Below, in pieces: positions 30,494 through 41,235 of a stretch of 64,000 nucleotides of DNA (its first letter is position 1; the number at the start of each line of letters is the position of its first letter). The notes under the pieces were generated by a model that had not been told where the DNA came from, ran no database searches, and worked only from the letters and a program-made list of their open reading frames with translations. Source of the stretch: a virus (taxonomy: Duplodnaviria > Heunggongvirae > Uroviricota > Caudoviricetes); the IMG/VR virus record IMGVR_UViG_2645727636_000004, positions 12,925 through 76,924 of that record, one strand, 5' to 3'. The position numbers were made by a program, and so were the translations under genes.

Positions 30494-31474
30494 TTAAACT
30501 ACTTCGACATCAATTACTTCTTTATACTTGCCGTCTGTAACACGAACTGTTGTATTACCGATAGCTACTGCAGTAATTTTACCTTTTGTATCTACGGTTG
30601 CAATTGTTGGGTCATCAGAAGTGAAGGTTAACTTTGCATTATCCATTACGATATTACCGTATCCACCACCACGAATGCCGTAAACGGTTACTTGCTCAGA
30701 ATCATTCGCAATCGTAGAATCTAATACTACTTCAGATGGATTGCTTGCCAACATTGAAATTTCTACCTTTTGATCTCCCATTGGTAAATATTTAATATAA
30801 GCATAGTTACCTTTATCATCTACTAAAGATTTACCGTTTAATGTAGACTGTGATGTACCGTCATGTGTAAGTGATAATGACATAGCTCCATCAAGCTTAT
30901 ATCGAGGAACTTCAATTTGTACCTCATAAGCATGATCTCCATCTTCATCAAATAGTCCAGAAGTTAATACTAACTTACATGCTTTAGGGAATGAGTTAGC
31001 AGGGATCACCATTTCGTCTACTAATGTCTCATATTGATATACGACCATCGCTGTTTTATCTGCAAGAGTATGGACTGTAATTTCTTTATCATTCGGAATG
31101 ATTGTTTGATTACCTGCGTCCATTTCTACGTATACATTTCCAATAGGAGTTTCTTTGAGTGCACCTTTACCATTTGCATCAAACTCAACAGTTTCTTCAG
31201 TATAGTATTTACTTAGCTTATTTTTAATTTCAGAGCCTGTTTGTAAAGCTAGATACGTAGGACTGAAATCAGCTGCTTCGAGTTGGAATGCAACGACTTT
31301 TTGATAGTTGTATACAGTCTGCAATTGTGAACCACGACCTGCGTATACCTCTTGCTCCTGAATTGTTTGTTCCATTGAAGAGCTAAGTAAAGCTTTACCT
31401 TTTACTAATAGATTATCAGTTTTAGGATCTAAAAGTAGAGCATCTGCAACTGATACTGCGAATAATTTTTTCAT
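30494..31474 (-). CDS. Major tail tube protein with C-terminal Ig-like domain
   Basis: Ends LTFTSDDPTIATVDTKGKITAVAIGNTTVRVT (Big_2-like); siphophage tube-sized. Confidence 0.8.
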   Translation of the reverse strand: MKKLFAVSVADALLLDPKTDNLLVKGKALLSSSMEQTIQEQEVYAGRGSQLQTVYNYQKVVAFQLEAADFSPTYLALQTGSEIKNKLSKYYTEETVEFDANGKGALKETPIGNVYVEMDAGNQTIIPNDKEITVHTLADKTAMVVYQYETLVDEMVIPANSFPKACKLVLTSGLFDEDGDHAYEVQIEVPRYKLDGAMSLSLTHDGTSQSTLNGKSLVDDKGNYAYIKYLPMGDQKVEISMLASNPSEVVLDSTIANDSEQVTVYGIRGGGYGNIVMDNAKLTFTSDDPTIATVDTKGKITAVAIGNTTVRVTDGKYKEVIDVEVV

Positions 31475-31513
31475 TAATAAAATTCCTTCTTTCTTTAAAA
31501 TATATGTATTTTG

Positions 31514-32272
31514 TTAATTACTAGATATTCCTTTATCTGAGACTAATTTATCCAACTGTTCTTTTGACATGACAATATCATCATCAGGATTCTTAGTTTC
31601 AATGTGATCTAACCAGTGAGGAATTACAGTTCCTTCTTTAAACGAAACCATTCCTGAATATTGAGCGTTCTGAAGAATATCTGCAGACTTGATTAAATCA
31701 TATCTTTCTAACTCTTTTCTAAATTGATAAATAGTCATTTGTTTTATATCCTCATAAGAAGACTTCGAAACACACTTATAAGCAATTATCTGTTGTTCTA
31801 AATCAGCCATTTTTTTGTTTCTTTTATTCATAAACGCTCTAGCTTCACTCTTTGCTTTATCAAACTCAGTACCTAAACTCTCATCTGAAACATCAATTAG
31901 ATTTTGCTCGCCAATTATCACTTTAATTTTGTCAAAATCTCTTTCTCTAATTACAATTTCGTCATCAATAATAATCGTATATCTATTCTTTTCATCAACA
32001 TCAAACCTAATATTTTCACTTCTACTAATCAATTTTATTAGAGTTACTAATTTATCAAAGAAGTGCTTATTAACATCATCTGAACTAATAAGTATCAAAA
32101 ATGCCAAATAAGACATTTTAATAATCATTGGATTTTGAATTGTATTCTTAGGAAGCAATAGGCATTGTACCGTATCGTATAAGTCTTCAATGTTTTCCAT
32201 CTGAACAGGGTAGATTGGGATATTACGATGGTATTTAGGATTTCCCCAAACATTATCTAAATCAATCTTCAT
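31514..32272 (-). CDS. Tail assembly protein (YomV-like)
   Basis: Synteny; MTIYQF...IPHWL C-terminal pattern. Confidence 0.5.
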   Translation of the reverse strand: MKIDLDNVWGNPKYHRNIPIYPVQMENIEDLYDTVQCLLLPKNTIQNPMIIKMSYLAFLILISSDDVNKHFFDKLVTLIKLISRSENIRFDVDEKNRYTIIIDDEIVIRERDFDKIKVIIGEQNLIDVSDESLGTEFDKAKSEARAFMNKRNKKMADLEQQIIAYKCVSKSSYEDIKQMTIYQFRKELERYDLIKSADILQNAQYSGMVSFKEGTVIPHWLDHIETKNPDDDIVMSKEQLDKLVSDKGISSN

Positions 32273-32286
32273 AGCAAATCCTCCTT

Positions 32287-32781
32287 TTACTGTAGAGAAT
32301 TTGTAATATATGCCATTTTGTATCCTATAAAGCCATCTGGAGTTTTGTCAATAGGAGAGGAGAACGCCAATCTAAAATTTCCAATATCAGTGATTTGTTG
32401 ATTATCTAATATTTCATTTAGTGTATTGCAAATCCAACCTAGCCTCATGTCCTCATTATCTATATCTACATGCACATAGACATCAAAATTATATATCTGG
32501 TCAGCTACATATATATTATCCTGTAGTCTTCTAGCGGAGTTATTATAACTTTTCTGTAATTGTCTTGATCCAGTGTAAAAACAAATTCTACAGAATTGAG
32601 ATTCTAAATCTAAATCGTATCTTTTGTCGGTAGGGGAGATAACTTTTTTGATAATTTCATCTTTATTTTTTAATTCATTTATGTCTTTTTTATCAGGAGA
32701 AAGAGGGGAGTCGAATGCATTTTTTGGCACATAATGAAGGAGTCTCATTAGTTTTTTGTTTGAAACTAAAGCCTTGTACAA
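32287..32781 (-). CDS. Tail terminator/completion protein (putative)
   Basis: Synteny; LMRLLHY and YNFDVYVH motifs; start uncertain (TTG). Confidence 0.5.
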   Translation of the reverse strand: MYKALVSNKKLMRLLHYVPKNAFDSPLSPDKKDINELKNKDEIIKKVISPTDKRYDLDLESQFCRICFYTGSRQLQKSYNNSARRLQDNIYVADQIYNFDVYVHVDIDNEDMRLGWICNTLNEILDNQQITDIGNFRLAFSSPIDKTPDGFIGYKMAYITNSLQ

Positions 32782-32804
32782 CTCTTCTAAATTACCTTTG
32801 AAGT

Positions 32805-33500
32805 CTATTCCTCATCATCTCCTTCCTGATTATTTACACTTTCAACACGTTCACCAGTAATTCTTAGAGTGCCTATTTTATTAATTGAAGATGATGGATC
32901 AATTCTGATAATACGATAGGCATCATTGTATAACTCAAATTTTTCGTTATATTTTATAGAAGGTGCTTCAGAGTATGGGATAATGACCATTACTTGATTA
33001 TCTAACAAATTCACTGGGTTATTGGTATCTGCAATAGCTGTAGATGCATCATTCATTTTTGTTATACATGGTAATCTTGTGACTTCTCCTGGAATAATGT
33101 CATAAACAGGTCTGTCTAAATCGTCATAACCTAAAAACTTTTTTTCATCTGCATACTTTACTGGAAATTCAGCAGTACAAAGTTCTCCTAAAAATTGTGG
33201 TGTAATTTCATTCGTATCTTTAGCAATTAATAAGTAAGTAAGTTCACCTTGTGTAACATAGTGTCCCATATCTACTTTTGTATCTGGAATGAAGATGAAT
33301 TTTCGCTTTTTATATGTATCTTTATCTTTAGTGATGCAATAATGAGTTACAGACTTATCAAGATTTAAATAAACGTCATACCTATTAGGAGAGTTTAAAA
33401 TTTGTTGTTTAGCAATAATTTTAGATTTATTATGATAAGCGTCTCTTGAATTATGACCATCGTTATTCAAACGTTGTATATATTTATCTCTGTAATTCAA
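32805..33500 (-). CDS. Head closure/stopper protein (putative)
   Basis: Synteny in head-tail block. Confidence 0.5.
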   Translation of the reverse strand: MNYRDKYIQRLNNDGHNSRDAYHNKSKIIAKQQILNSPNRYDVYLNLDKSVTHYCITKDKDTYKKRKFIFIPDTKVDMGHYVTQGELTYLLIAKDTNEITPQFLGELCTAEFPVKYADEKKFLGYDDLDRPVYDIIPGEVTRLPCITKMNDASTAIADTNNPVNLLDNQVMVIIPYSEAPSIKYNEKFELYNDAYRIIRIDPSSSINKIGTLRITGERVESVNNQEGDDEE

Positions 33501-33793
33501 GTGGTTTCACCAACTTTAAACATCCTATTTATCAAGCTAATACAGCGAAAAACTTCTCCTCTAATCACCTTTATATCTGGTTTAGGTGCAAGGCTGTCAT
33601 CATAAAAATGTTCTAGAATGTTTAAAAGAGTAATAACTGTTACTGTGTCTTCTACTAAATACTGTAACCCATACAGTTCATAACTAAACGACTCAATATA
33701 ACGTGGAAGTCCTTCATTTTTTTCTTCAAATAAGCAAAGAGTTTCATAGAATCTATCTTTCAAATAGTTAACGTATCCATCTGAAATATTCAT
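33497..33793 (-). CDS. Hypothetical head-tail region protein
   Basis: Likely start MNISDGY after AGGTG RBS. Confidence 0.5.
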   Translation of the reverse strand: MNISDGYVNYLKDRFYETLCLFEEKNEGLPRYIESFSYELYGLQYLVEDTVTVITLLNILEHFYDDSLAPKPDIKVIRGEVFRCISLINRMFKVGETT

Positions 33794-33794
33794 A

Positions 33795-34220
33795 CTAAAC
33801 ACCTTGCCTATAATAATATTCAATCATTAATAAGTTGGCTTCATCTATTATCCCTTTACGCAACTCTAATAATTGTTTAAGTTGATTAGCGGGGGAGTGT
33901 TGATTATAATCTTTTGACCCAATTTTGTTATACACATAGTCTTCGCTTATAATTTTTGGAGATAGATGTTCTGCGATCATCAGTGTTGCTAATATTTCTT
34001 TTTCCATATCAGATAAGCAGATATTGAATTGAAATAAAGCATCCTCTCGATTAGATAGATTTTTTGTAGAGTATGTGAACTTCGGTATAGCAGACCTTAA
34101 ATAGCCTAATAATATTTCATCTGCAAAAACTGGATTATTCTCTAACTGATTTTTTATATAGTAGTCATTGACTTTATCAAGGAATAAACCGAAAATGTCT
34201 GAATATGATGTAGATGTCAT
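33795..34220 (-). CDS. Head-tail adaptor (YomZ-like)
   Basis: MTSTSYSDIF..FLDKVNDY...YLRSAIPKF...SPANQLKQL. Confidence 0.6.
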   Translation of the reverse strand: MTSTSYSDIFGLFLDKVNDYYIKNQLENNPVFADEILLGYLRSAIPKFTYSTKNLSNREDALFQFNICLSDMEKEILATLMIAEHLSPKIISEDYVYNKIGSKDYNQHSPANQLKQLLELRKGIIDEANLLMIEYYYRQGV

Positions 34221-34234
34221 AAGATAACACCTAC

Positions 34235-34675
34235 TTATTCTTCGTTTTCATAAATTTTTATCTTGGATTTATTCTCAATGATATCAATTTTAGCTTTGCT
34301 ATCTAAATTCACTTCACGAGCAGCCTCAACAAACTGTAATAAGATCGCATTTTCTGTAATTTCTCCGATAGCTTTTTCTAATTTTTTATAATTTCCATTT
34401 ACTAATTCTTTTATTTCTTCATATTGAAGAATATTAGCATTAGCTTTTTCGCCATCTAAAGTTTCTAGTCCATATTTAACACGAAGGTCTTTGTCATCAA
34501 TCCAAATCAAGCCTTTTTGAATAATTGCTTGATTAATGTTGATGTAATCTAATTCTTCTTCTGTTAAATTTAAGAATGCTCCTTGTCTTGGTAAAATACG
34601 GAATGATTCGGGTAGTGGATTTAAATAAAAACCTACTACACTATGTACATTATTAATAACTTTTACTTTTTTCAT
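34235..34675 (-). CDS. Virion-region hypothetical protein (YonA-like)
   Basis: Directly after capsid gene. Confidence 0.5.
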   Translation of the reverse strand: MKKVKVINNVHSVVGFYLNPLPESFRILPRQGAFLNLTEEELDYININQAIIQKGLIWIDDKDLRVKYGLETLDGEKANANILQYEEIKELVNGNYKKLEKAIGEITENAILLQFVEAAREVNLDSKAKIDIIENKSKIKIYENEE

Positions 34676-34741
34676 ATTATCCTTTTCCTCCTATTAATTT
34701 AAAAAAGAGGAGTAGAATAATCCACTCCCACATTTATCATA

Positions 34742-35710
34742 TTAAACGATTGTATACATACCTAAGTTATGTACTTGTAAAACGTTCACTCCTGCTTTTT
34801 GAATAGCTTTCTTTGTGATAGAACCATCTTCAAATGATTGCTTCTCTAGCATCTCAGTTCCGCCTTCTTTTGTAACTTTTACTGGCTTATCTGAGCCTAC
34901 AGGAACAACAAAGATTAAGTTATTGTCTAACTCCCATTCAGTGTTAGACTCATCTACAAATGTATTAGGTAATTGAACTAGAGCTTTACCTTCCCATGTT
35001 CCAATGAATCCATCACGATTAAATGCATCTTTCATAGAATCAGACATTAATGCTTGGAATCCAGAATCAGAAGTAATATTTGATAATGCAACAGACGTAC
35101 CTACAATTACAGGTTTACCATATGCACCTACAGTATTAGCTACTGAGCGAAGTTGTGCTAAAGAGAATGCACCTGAGTATTTATTAGCAGTAGGAGCATC
35201 TGCCATCGCAGCAACAAATGAAGCTTGAACATCTTTTAAGATTTCATCTAGAATAGCATCAGCCATTTCGTCTACAATTTCAGTAAATGCTTCTGCGCGA
35301 CCAGATAATACGTCATCCCATTCAACATACACGCTTGAACCGATAGCACGAGGTTGAGCAGGAATCTCTTGTTTATAGATTTTTTGACGACGAATCTCTG
35401 AACCTAATGCAACGTATTCTGCCTTAATTTTGCCATTACGCACACGGAATTTCTTTTTAGTACCATGAGGTACAGGAGCAATCTCTGCAAAGATTTCTAG
35501 CGCATCTTTTAATTTTGATTCTAATACTACATCAACATTTTCAGTGATGATTGCATTAATTTCTTTTTTATTTCCTTCATAATCTTTCATTAATTCAGAG
35601 AAGATTTCCACTAATTCTGATTTACGCTCGTTAATAGAAACTCCTTCAATTGAAGATTCACCTTTACGTACATCAGAACATAATTCTAAAACTTTTTTAT
35701 ACTTTACCAT
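34742..35710 (-). CDS. Major capsid protein (YonB-like)
   Basis: 322 aa after scaffold and decoration genes; followed by a terminator. Confidence 0.75.
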   Translation of the reverse strand: MVKYKKVLELCSDVRKGESSIEGVSINERKSELVEIFSELMKDYEGNKKEINAIITENVDVVLESKLKDALEIFAEIAPVPHGTKKKFRVRNGKIKAEYVALGSEIRRQKIYKQEIPAQPRAIGSSVYVEWDDVLSGRAEAFTEIVDEMADAILDEILKDVQASFVAAMADAPTANKYSGAFSLAQLRSVANTVGAYGKPVIVGTSVALSNITSDSGFQALMSDSMKDAFNRDGFIGTWEGKALVQLPNTFVDESNTEWELDNNLIFVVPVGSDKPVKVTKEGGTEMLEKQSFEDGSITKKAIQKAGVNVLQVHNLGMYTIV

Positions 35711-35756
35711 AAGTTATTTTTCCACCTTTATTATTTATGTATTTTATTAATTATTT

Positions 35757-36221
35757 TTATGCTTGTTCAACTTGTAACGCTACTGCTTCTTGACCATTTA
35801 AAACTGTGCGCTCAATTACTCGGAATACTTGCTTAGTTGTAGGTGCAGTGGTATCGAATGCAAATTTACCGCCAATAACACCATAAGCATAATCGCCTTT
35901 TGCAATTGAAGCAAATGTAGTACGAGTACCTGATAAATCTACTTGAGTAGTAGTGAAAATATCACCTTTTTCAAATTCATAAGTACGAACTTTCATTCCT
36001 TTTGCTTCATTGATAAAATCAGACTCATCTTCTGAATCATATAGATTTGTAACTGAAGCTACTAATACCTGATCTTTCGTTGCATCTGTAGTAGGAGCAA
36101 TTTTGCCTGTAGTATAATCAATTTCTGCTAACACTCCATTTTCAATAGCAACATCTGCATCATAGTGATAAACGTGACCTGCCATTAAATCTAATCGAAC
36201 AATACCGTATTTTTTTACCAT
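35757..36221 (-). CDS. Capsid decoration/cement protein (YonC-like)
   Basis: 154 aa between scaffold and capsid; GDIFTT motif. Confidence 0.6.
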   Translation of the reverse strand: MVKKYGIVRLDLMAGHVYHYDADVAIENGVLAEIDYTTGKIAPTTDATKDQVLVASVTNLYDSEDESDFINEAKGMKVRTYEFEKGDIFTTTQVDLSGTRTTFASIAKGDYAYGVIGGKFAFDTTAPTTKQVFRVIERTVLNGQEAVALQVEQA

Positions 36222-36269
36222 AAGTTATTTTTCCACCTTTATTTTATGTATTTTATTTATTAATTTTTA

Positions 36270-37727
36270 TTACTTAATTTCATACTTTTGTAGAATGGTT
36301 TGAGGTATTAAATTCTCACCTTGTTTAGCATTTACAATAATGTCTTTAGTCGTAATAGAGTTTACTTCTGTGATTGATTTACTTTTAGCAACCTCATTTA
36401 CAACAATCTCATTTAACTTTTGTGCATCTAGCGATTGCAAAGCCTCTTGAACTTCAGTTGTTTTAAACGTTTCTTCTGAAAGTAACTTTTCATAACGAGA
36501 TGAAAGTTCTGTTAACTTAGCTTCTTTTTCAGCAGTTTCTACTTGCTCCTTATATTTACCTAATTTTTCAACAGTAGAATTTAACTCCGTTACTTGAGAT
36601 TCTAGAGCTGTTTTAGCCTCTTGTTGTTCAACTACAGTGGAATTTAACTCAACTACTTTTGCTTCCAATTCTTCAATTTTGTTTTGAAGTTCAACTACTT
36701 TTGCTTCATTTGTCTTATCCATTTTAGACAACTCCTCCTTTGTACTATTTAATTCTGTTTGTAATTTATTTAACTCTCCATTAATATTAGTACCTACAAC
36801 TTGATAAGTAATTTCTACTTGTTGATAGTCAGAAGATAAAACTACTGTGTCATCATTTAAGGAGTAGTCAATTTTATATAATTTATTTGAATCGTTCCAT
36901 TCTTCAACGATAACGTACGTCTGAAATACTTCACGAATCCAATATTTATAAGATCGCTCTTCTGTTGTAGGGTTTACAGGATTGATAAAATTATAGATTT
37001 GTTGGCGAATGTCATCATGACTCAACTCGCTTATTTCGATATGAAATTTAGTTTTGTATCCTTTGTTAAATAACTCTTTCTCAGCCAATTTATTTACTCC
37101 TTTCTGTTCATTTTTAATTTTTTGTAGATCATTTTTTACCGCCATCGCAATTTCACGTTGCGCTATTGAAATAACTCCTGCATCTGAATCTGCAGGAGAA
37201 ATGCTGCTACCTAACAAGCAATTAGATAAATATGTATACTCTTTTGCAACACGATAGTCTTGAGTAGGATTGTCTTCATATGCATAAATTTCAACTTCAA
37301 CTGAACTATCAGCATTGTCTTCATTAAATAATTTTTCAACACATGCTATAATTTCAGGATATTTATAGTTCCACAAGTCTGCTTTGGCGTATAATGCTTT
37401 CACATCCTCATCATCCTCAACTTTATCAATCCATACTTCTTTAATTGTTCCAATAGCAATTGTCTCTAATCCAACAATATTGCCGTCATCATCAACTATT
37501 TGTTCGTGTGTTCCTAAATCCTCAATTTTATCAAAGTATTTAGTTACAACAGGTTTATTAATTAAAGAATTCATATAAGTTTCTGTATAGTTTTCTTTAA
37601 AATCAAGTCCGTTCGCATTAGTAGTATCAAGCTTATGTACTAGCATTACTATTTCTCTAGATACGTCATCTTTACTTGAAATCTCTATAATAGACGATGT
37701 TAGTAATTGCCTTTTTTTAGTCATCAA
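36270..37727 (-). CDS. Prohead protease-scaffold fusion (YonD-like)
   Basis: N-terminal protease-like region (LGTHE, SSVEVE, PADSDAGV) and long C-terminal coiled coil. Confidence 0.7.
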   Translation of the reverse strand: MMTKKRQLLTSSIIEISSKDDVSREIVMLVHKLDTTNANGLDFKENYTETYMNSLINKPVVTKYFDKIEDLGTHEQIVDDDGNIVGLETIAIGTIKEVWIDKVEDDEDVKALYAKADLWNYKYPEIIACVEKLFNEDNADSSVEVEIYAYEDNPTQDYRVAKEYTYLSNCLLGSSISPADSDAGVISIAQREIAMAVKNDLQKIKNEQKGVNKLAEKELFNKGYKTKFHIEISELSHDDIRQQIYNFINPVNPTTEERSYKYWIREVFQTYVIVEEWNDSNKLYKIDYSLNDDTVVLSSDYQQVEITYQVVGTNINGELNKLQTELNSTKEELSKMDKTNEAKVVELQNKIEELEAKVVELNSTVVEQQEAKTALESQVTELNSTVEKLGKYKEQVETAEKEAKLTELSSRYEKLLSEETFKTTEVQEALQSLDAQKLNEIVVNEVAKSKSITEVNSITTKDIIVNAKQGENLIPQTILQKYEIK

Positions 37728-37768
37728 TTCACCTCCTTCTAATTGAATTAGGCATCATTAAAATGTTT

Positions 37769-37918
37769 TTATGTATTTTCTTTATTAATGCAGATATCAC
37801 ATTTACAATCGTTTTCATGTACTGGCTTCTTAATACCCAATTCAATAAAAGTATGTTGTTTTTTAGACGCTACTTCTGTATTAGGATTAACTTCGAAAGT
37901 AGGGGAGTAACCTTTCAT
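37769..37918 (-). CDS. 49-aa Cys-rich small protein (not in ORF track)
   Basis: GAGGTG RBS; MKGYSPTFEVNPNTEVASKKQHTFIELGIKKPVHENDCKCDICINKENT. Confidence 0.55.
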   Translation of the reverse strand: MKGYSPTFEVNPNTEVASKKQHTFIELGIKKPVHENDCKCDICINKENT

Positions 37919-37932
37919 ATAATTCACCTCAT

Positions 37933-39441
37933 TTAGCTTGTTGATGGCTTAGGATTGTTATTACTGCCACTAGACTTGCTTTTAATTGTATTTTCGTTGG
38001 TAGGATTATCTACTTCAGGAGCTCCACCATTATCAACTTTACCACTTTGAGTATACGCATTTGAAGCAGGGTAGAGGACGCTTTCCGTTTTCAATATTTT
38101 GCGCTCATATTCAGCTTGTCCAATGACATTTTCATAAGGAAGACCAGTGAGTGATTCTAACCAGAATTTAGAAGTTCCTGTTTGCATATATAAATCTTTA
38201 TATTTATCGATATATTTTTCGTGATTTAATATTGTAGATTTAGCAAAAACAAAATTACAAGAAACTGATTTAGGTAAAATATTCTTAAGGTAGTTATTAA
38301 TTATTACTTCAAATTTTTCTAATAGTGTGTGGATGTATCTGAAGAATTTCTGACTGTTTAACGTGGCAGAACTAAAGTTATTACCTCCACCACCCCAAAG
38401 TACAGCAGGGCTGATGCCTAAGTTTGAATAAATATCATTTTCAATTTTTTCATATAACTCTTTCTTAAATAATTCAGTATCAACATCTAATGTATCTAAT
38501 TTAAAGAAGTGGGGGAGGGCAATAGTTCCTGTTCCTGAATTATCAGTACTTGAATTTGGATTTATACCATTCTTTTTCTTAAATAACTTACTCACTTCAT
38601 TAAAATAAGCTGTAACAACTTCTTTAGGCACTGGCTTTGTACCGTCTTTATCTAAATGTCCTGCTGAAAGAATAACTATTGTTTTCAATAGTCTGTCTGC
38701 TACTGAACGTTCAACTTGATCAATAATCTCCTTTTGCAACAGAGCAGACCACGAGCCTATAGTTAACGGTAATCCATAGGGCATATTCCTGTTACCATCG
38801 ATATTAATTACATCGGCATCCTTTAATTCTACGTATCGATAATCTTCACCTTTATTCATGTACAGGCTATATTTTGCTAAAGATACTTCTTCAGGCAGCG
38901 ACTCGATAATAGCTAATTTGTCATTTACATTCTTACATTTTTTAATAGTATTTAAATCAAATTCTACTACCCATTTACCGTTACGCTGTTTATTAATTCG
39001 TAAATCGTCAATATCCAAAAATTGAACATATCGCTTACTACGCAAACAAGTGACGATTGTACCCATTTCACCAACTTCAAATAATCCATCTCGAACAAAT
39101 TGCTTAACATCAATTTCACGTAAAAAGTCATTAACTTTACGTTCATAATTTTTAAGTTTCTTTTCATCATCTACTTCTGACCATGAAATAATATAATCTA
39201 AAGTAGGGAGCGACTTCAATGAACGCAATACTTCTTTAATAATTCCATGCTTATTAGTTAGATATTTTGATGCTTTTTGAATTTCTTTAATATTAGAATA
39301 TGGATTCTGTAGATACCTATATAAATCAGTTAAACTAATATCTCGTAAGGAACTACCAGAGCCATATTGAGTAATGAAATCAGTTAATCCTGCAACTTCG
39401 ATCCATTCGTTGTAATTTGATGAAGTATTATCTTCAGACAT
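37933..39441 (-). CDS. Portal protein (YonE-like)
   Basis: 502 aa after TerL; NLGISPAVLWGG, NFSSATLN. Confidence 0.8.
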   Translation of the reverse strand: MSEDNTSSNYNEWIEVAGLTDFITQYGSGSSLRDISLTDLYRYLQNPYSNIKEIQKASKYLTNKHGIIKEVLRSLKSLPTLDYIISWSEVDDEKKLKNYERKVNDFLREIDVKQFVRDGLFEVGEMGTIVTCLRSKRYVQFLDIDDLRINKQRNGKWVVEFDLNTIKKCKNVNDKLAIIESLPEEVSLAKYSLYMNKGEDYRYVELKDADVINIDGNRNMPYGLPLTIGSWSALLQKEIIDQVERSVADRLLKTIVILSAGHLDKDGTKPVPKEVVTAYFNEVSKLFKKKNGINPNSSTDNSGTGTIALPHFFKLDTLDVDTELFKKELYEKIENDIYSNLGISPAVLWGGGGNNFSSATLNSQKFFRYIHTLLEKFEVIINNYLKNILPKSVSCNFVFAKSTILNHEKYIDKYKDLYMQTGTSKFWLESLTGLPYENVIGQAEYERKILKTESVLYPASNAYTQSGKVDNGGAPEVDNPTNENTIKSKSSGSNNNPKPSTS

Positions 39442-39473
39442 TTAACCCCTCCTTTCTTTATGTATTTATTTAA

Positions 39474-41225
39474 TTAAAATCCTGATTGCATGAAAAATAG
39501 ATAATCATCGATAGAAGAATTTACATTGTTCTTATTATCCATTTCTAATTCTTTGATGTAATACATGGCATACCCTAGACTCGTAACCCTGTCTCTTTTA
39601 GTTGCCTTAGCAATACGATTGTATAGTATGTTACTGAGACCACTAATTTCTTGTTTTATATTACTTAATTCTTGTATTAATAAATCAGTATTAACGTGAA
39701 CTAGAAATTCTTCATTAGTAACCTTACCTTGTTTATAATCATTATCAATTTCAGCAGAATTGACAGCTAATCTTAAACTCTTATCTTCAAAACAAGTCTT
39801 CATATATGTGTACATCGTATTATTAAGTTGATTCGTTGCGGCTATCTCTCTGATTAAAGGATTTGCATTTTTAATATTTGTATATTTAGGATTGCCATCA
39901 TCAGGAATAAGAGGAGGGTATTCAACCATATCTCCATTGGCATTCATATGTTCCCAAGATTCAGCTAATAAAGATGGAAGAGCTTCACCGTTTCCTCGAA
40001 CATCAATTACTAACTTTTGAGTATTTTCAAATCTTAATAACAACTCTCTTAAATATTTAGCTTGTTCAGGCAGAGACATTCCGTTATGTGTTTTTATATA
40101 CACTAACTCTTTGATTATAGATCCATTTGGTTTTTCTTTTAATTTTATAACCGTTGTACAAGCGTTATCGCTACCAGCTTTGTCCGAAATTGCTACGTCA
40201 TGCGAAATTACATATGAATTAACTGCTTTTTTAGGTTGTCTGTATTCCACCTTGTCAAGTGACCTTACACTTTCTGTCAAGTCATAAGGGAAATAACTGT
40301 CATTACTATTTCCAACAAAAACAGCTTCATATTCATATGCGAATTTATCAGAAGTCATACTAGGTTTGGATTTCTCTTTAACTATGTCGTCTTCATAATA
40401 TATTCCTGCATTAACCCCTACCTGATAGGGGAGGGTGCATACAAAGTATTCCTTATTACCTTCCTTCATACTGTTATAATGAGTCATAAACCTTTGATAT
40501 AAATCACAAGTTTTCAAGTAGGCAGAAGATATGTATATAAGTTTACCTTTCTCTATTGGCATTTTATCTCCGTAAATCATAGACAGATTTATCACTGTAT
40601 TACGCCTAGTCTTGGTCATCGGGGCTAAAATTTCTGATACGATATCGTCTGACACAATCCTCGCTTCATCAATTAGTATCTGCGAAAACCTCCATGAACG
40701 AGCGTTTTCACCGTCATGACCTAATACAATTGCTCGTATTTCAGAACCATTTTTAAAAATTACAGAACAGTCATCTGAACCAGTTTTAATATTCTCGATT
40801 TCACGCTTTACGTTTTCATTTTTATATAACTCACCTTTAACTTTTTGTACAATTACGTTACGTGATTGCTGTCCTTTACCTGAGGCAATGCCCAGTTTTA
40901 TTGACGGGTAAAGTATCGCCACGCAAATAAAAAATACGGCAGAAAGGTAACTTTTACCTAGTCCTCGACTAGCGATAAACATTGACTCTTCATGCCTTGC
41001 CATTGCCCTTAAAATTACACGTTGAAAAGGGTATAACTTTAACCCTAAAATATTTATAGCGAATTCATCAATGTAATAACGATAGTAAGATATAAATTTG
41101 ACCCATTCCTCAATATCTATTTCTTCTAATTTTGCAGGATCATAACTAGCTGAATTATCGAAGTCGTTGTAGTTGTTGTCTTTTATTTTTCTGTTTTTAT
41201 GACTATAGTGTTTGTAAGATGACAT
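39474..41225 (-). CDS. Terminase large subunit (YonF-like)
   Basis: ASRGLGKS (Walker A), ILIDEAR (Walker B), SHDVA...DNAC and KRDRVTSL nuclease motifs. Confidence 0.92.
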   Translation of the reverse strand: MSSYKHYSHKNRKIKDNNYNDFDNSASYDPAKLEEIDIEEWVKFISYYRYYIDEFAINILGLKLYPFQRVILRAMARHEESMFIASRGLGKSYLSAVFFICVAILYPSIKLGIASGKGQQSRNVIVQKVKGELYKNENVKREIENIKTGSDDCSVIFKNGSEIRAIVLGHDGENARSWRFSQILIDEARIVSDDIVSEILAPMTKTRRNTVINLSMIYGDKMPIEKGKLIYISSAYLKTCDLYQRFMTHYNSMKEGNKEYFVCTLPYQVGVNAGIYYEDDIVKEKSKPSMTSDKFAYEYEAVFVGNSNDSYFPYDLTESVRSLDKVEYRQPKKAVNSYVISHDVAISDKAGSDNACTTVIKLKEKPNGSIIKELVYIKTHNGMSLPEQAKYLRELLLRFENTQKLVIDVRGNGEALPSLLAESWEHMNANGDMVEYPPLIPDDGNPKYTNIKNANPLIREIAATNQLNNTMYTYMKTCFEDKSLRLAVNSAEIDNDYKQGKVTNEEFLVHVNTDLLIQELSNIKQEISGLSNILYNRIAKATKRDRVTSLGYAMYYIKELEMDNKNNVNSSIDDYLFFMQSGF

Positions 41226-41235
41226 TTAAATCACC

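Noticed and set aside
32770-32830. Short overlapping ORF MMRNRLQR or frameshifted start of 32287..32781
   Set aside because: Cannot be told apart from a TTG or ATA start without expression data
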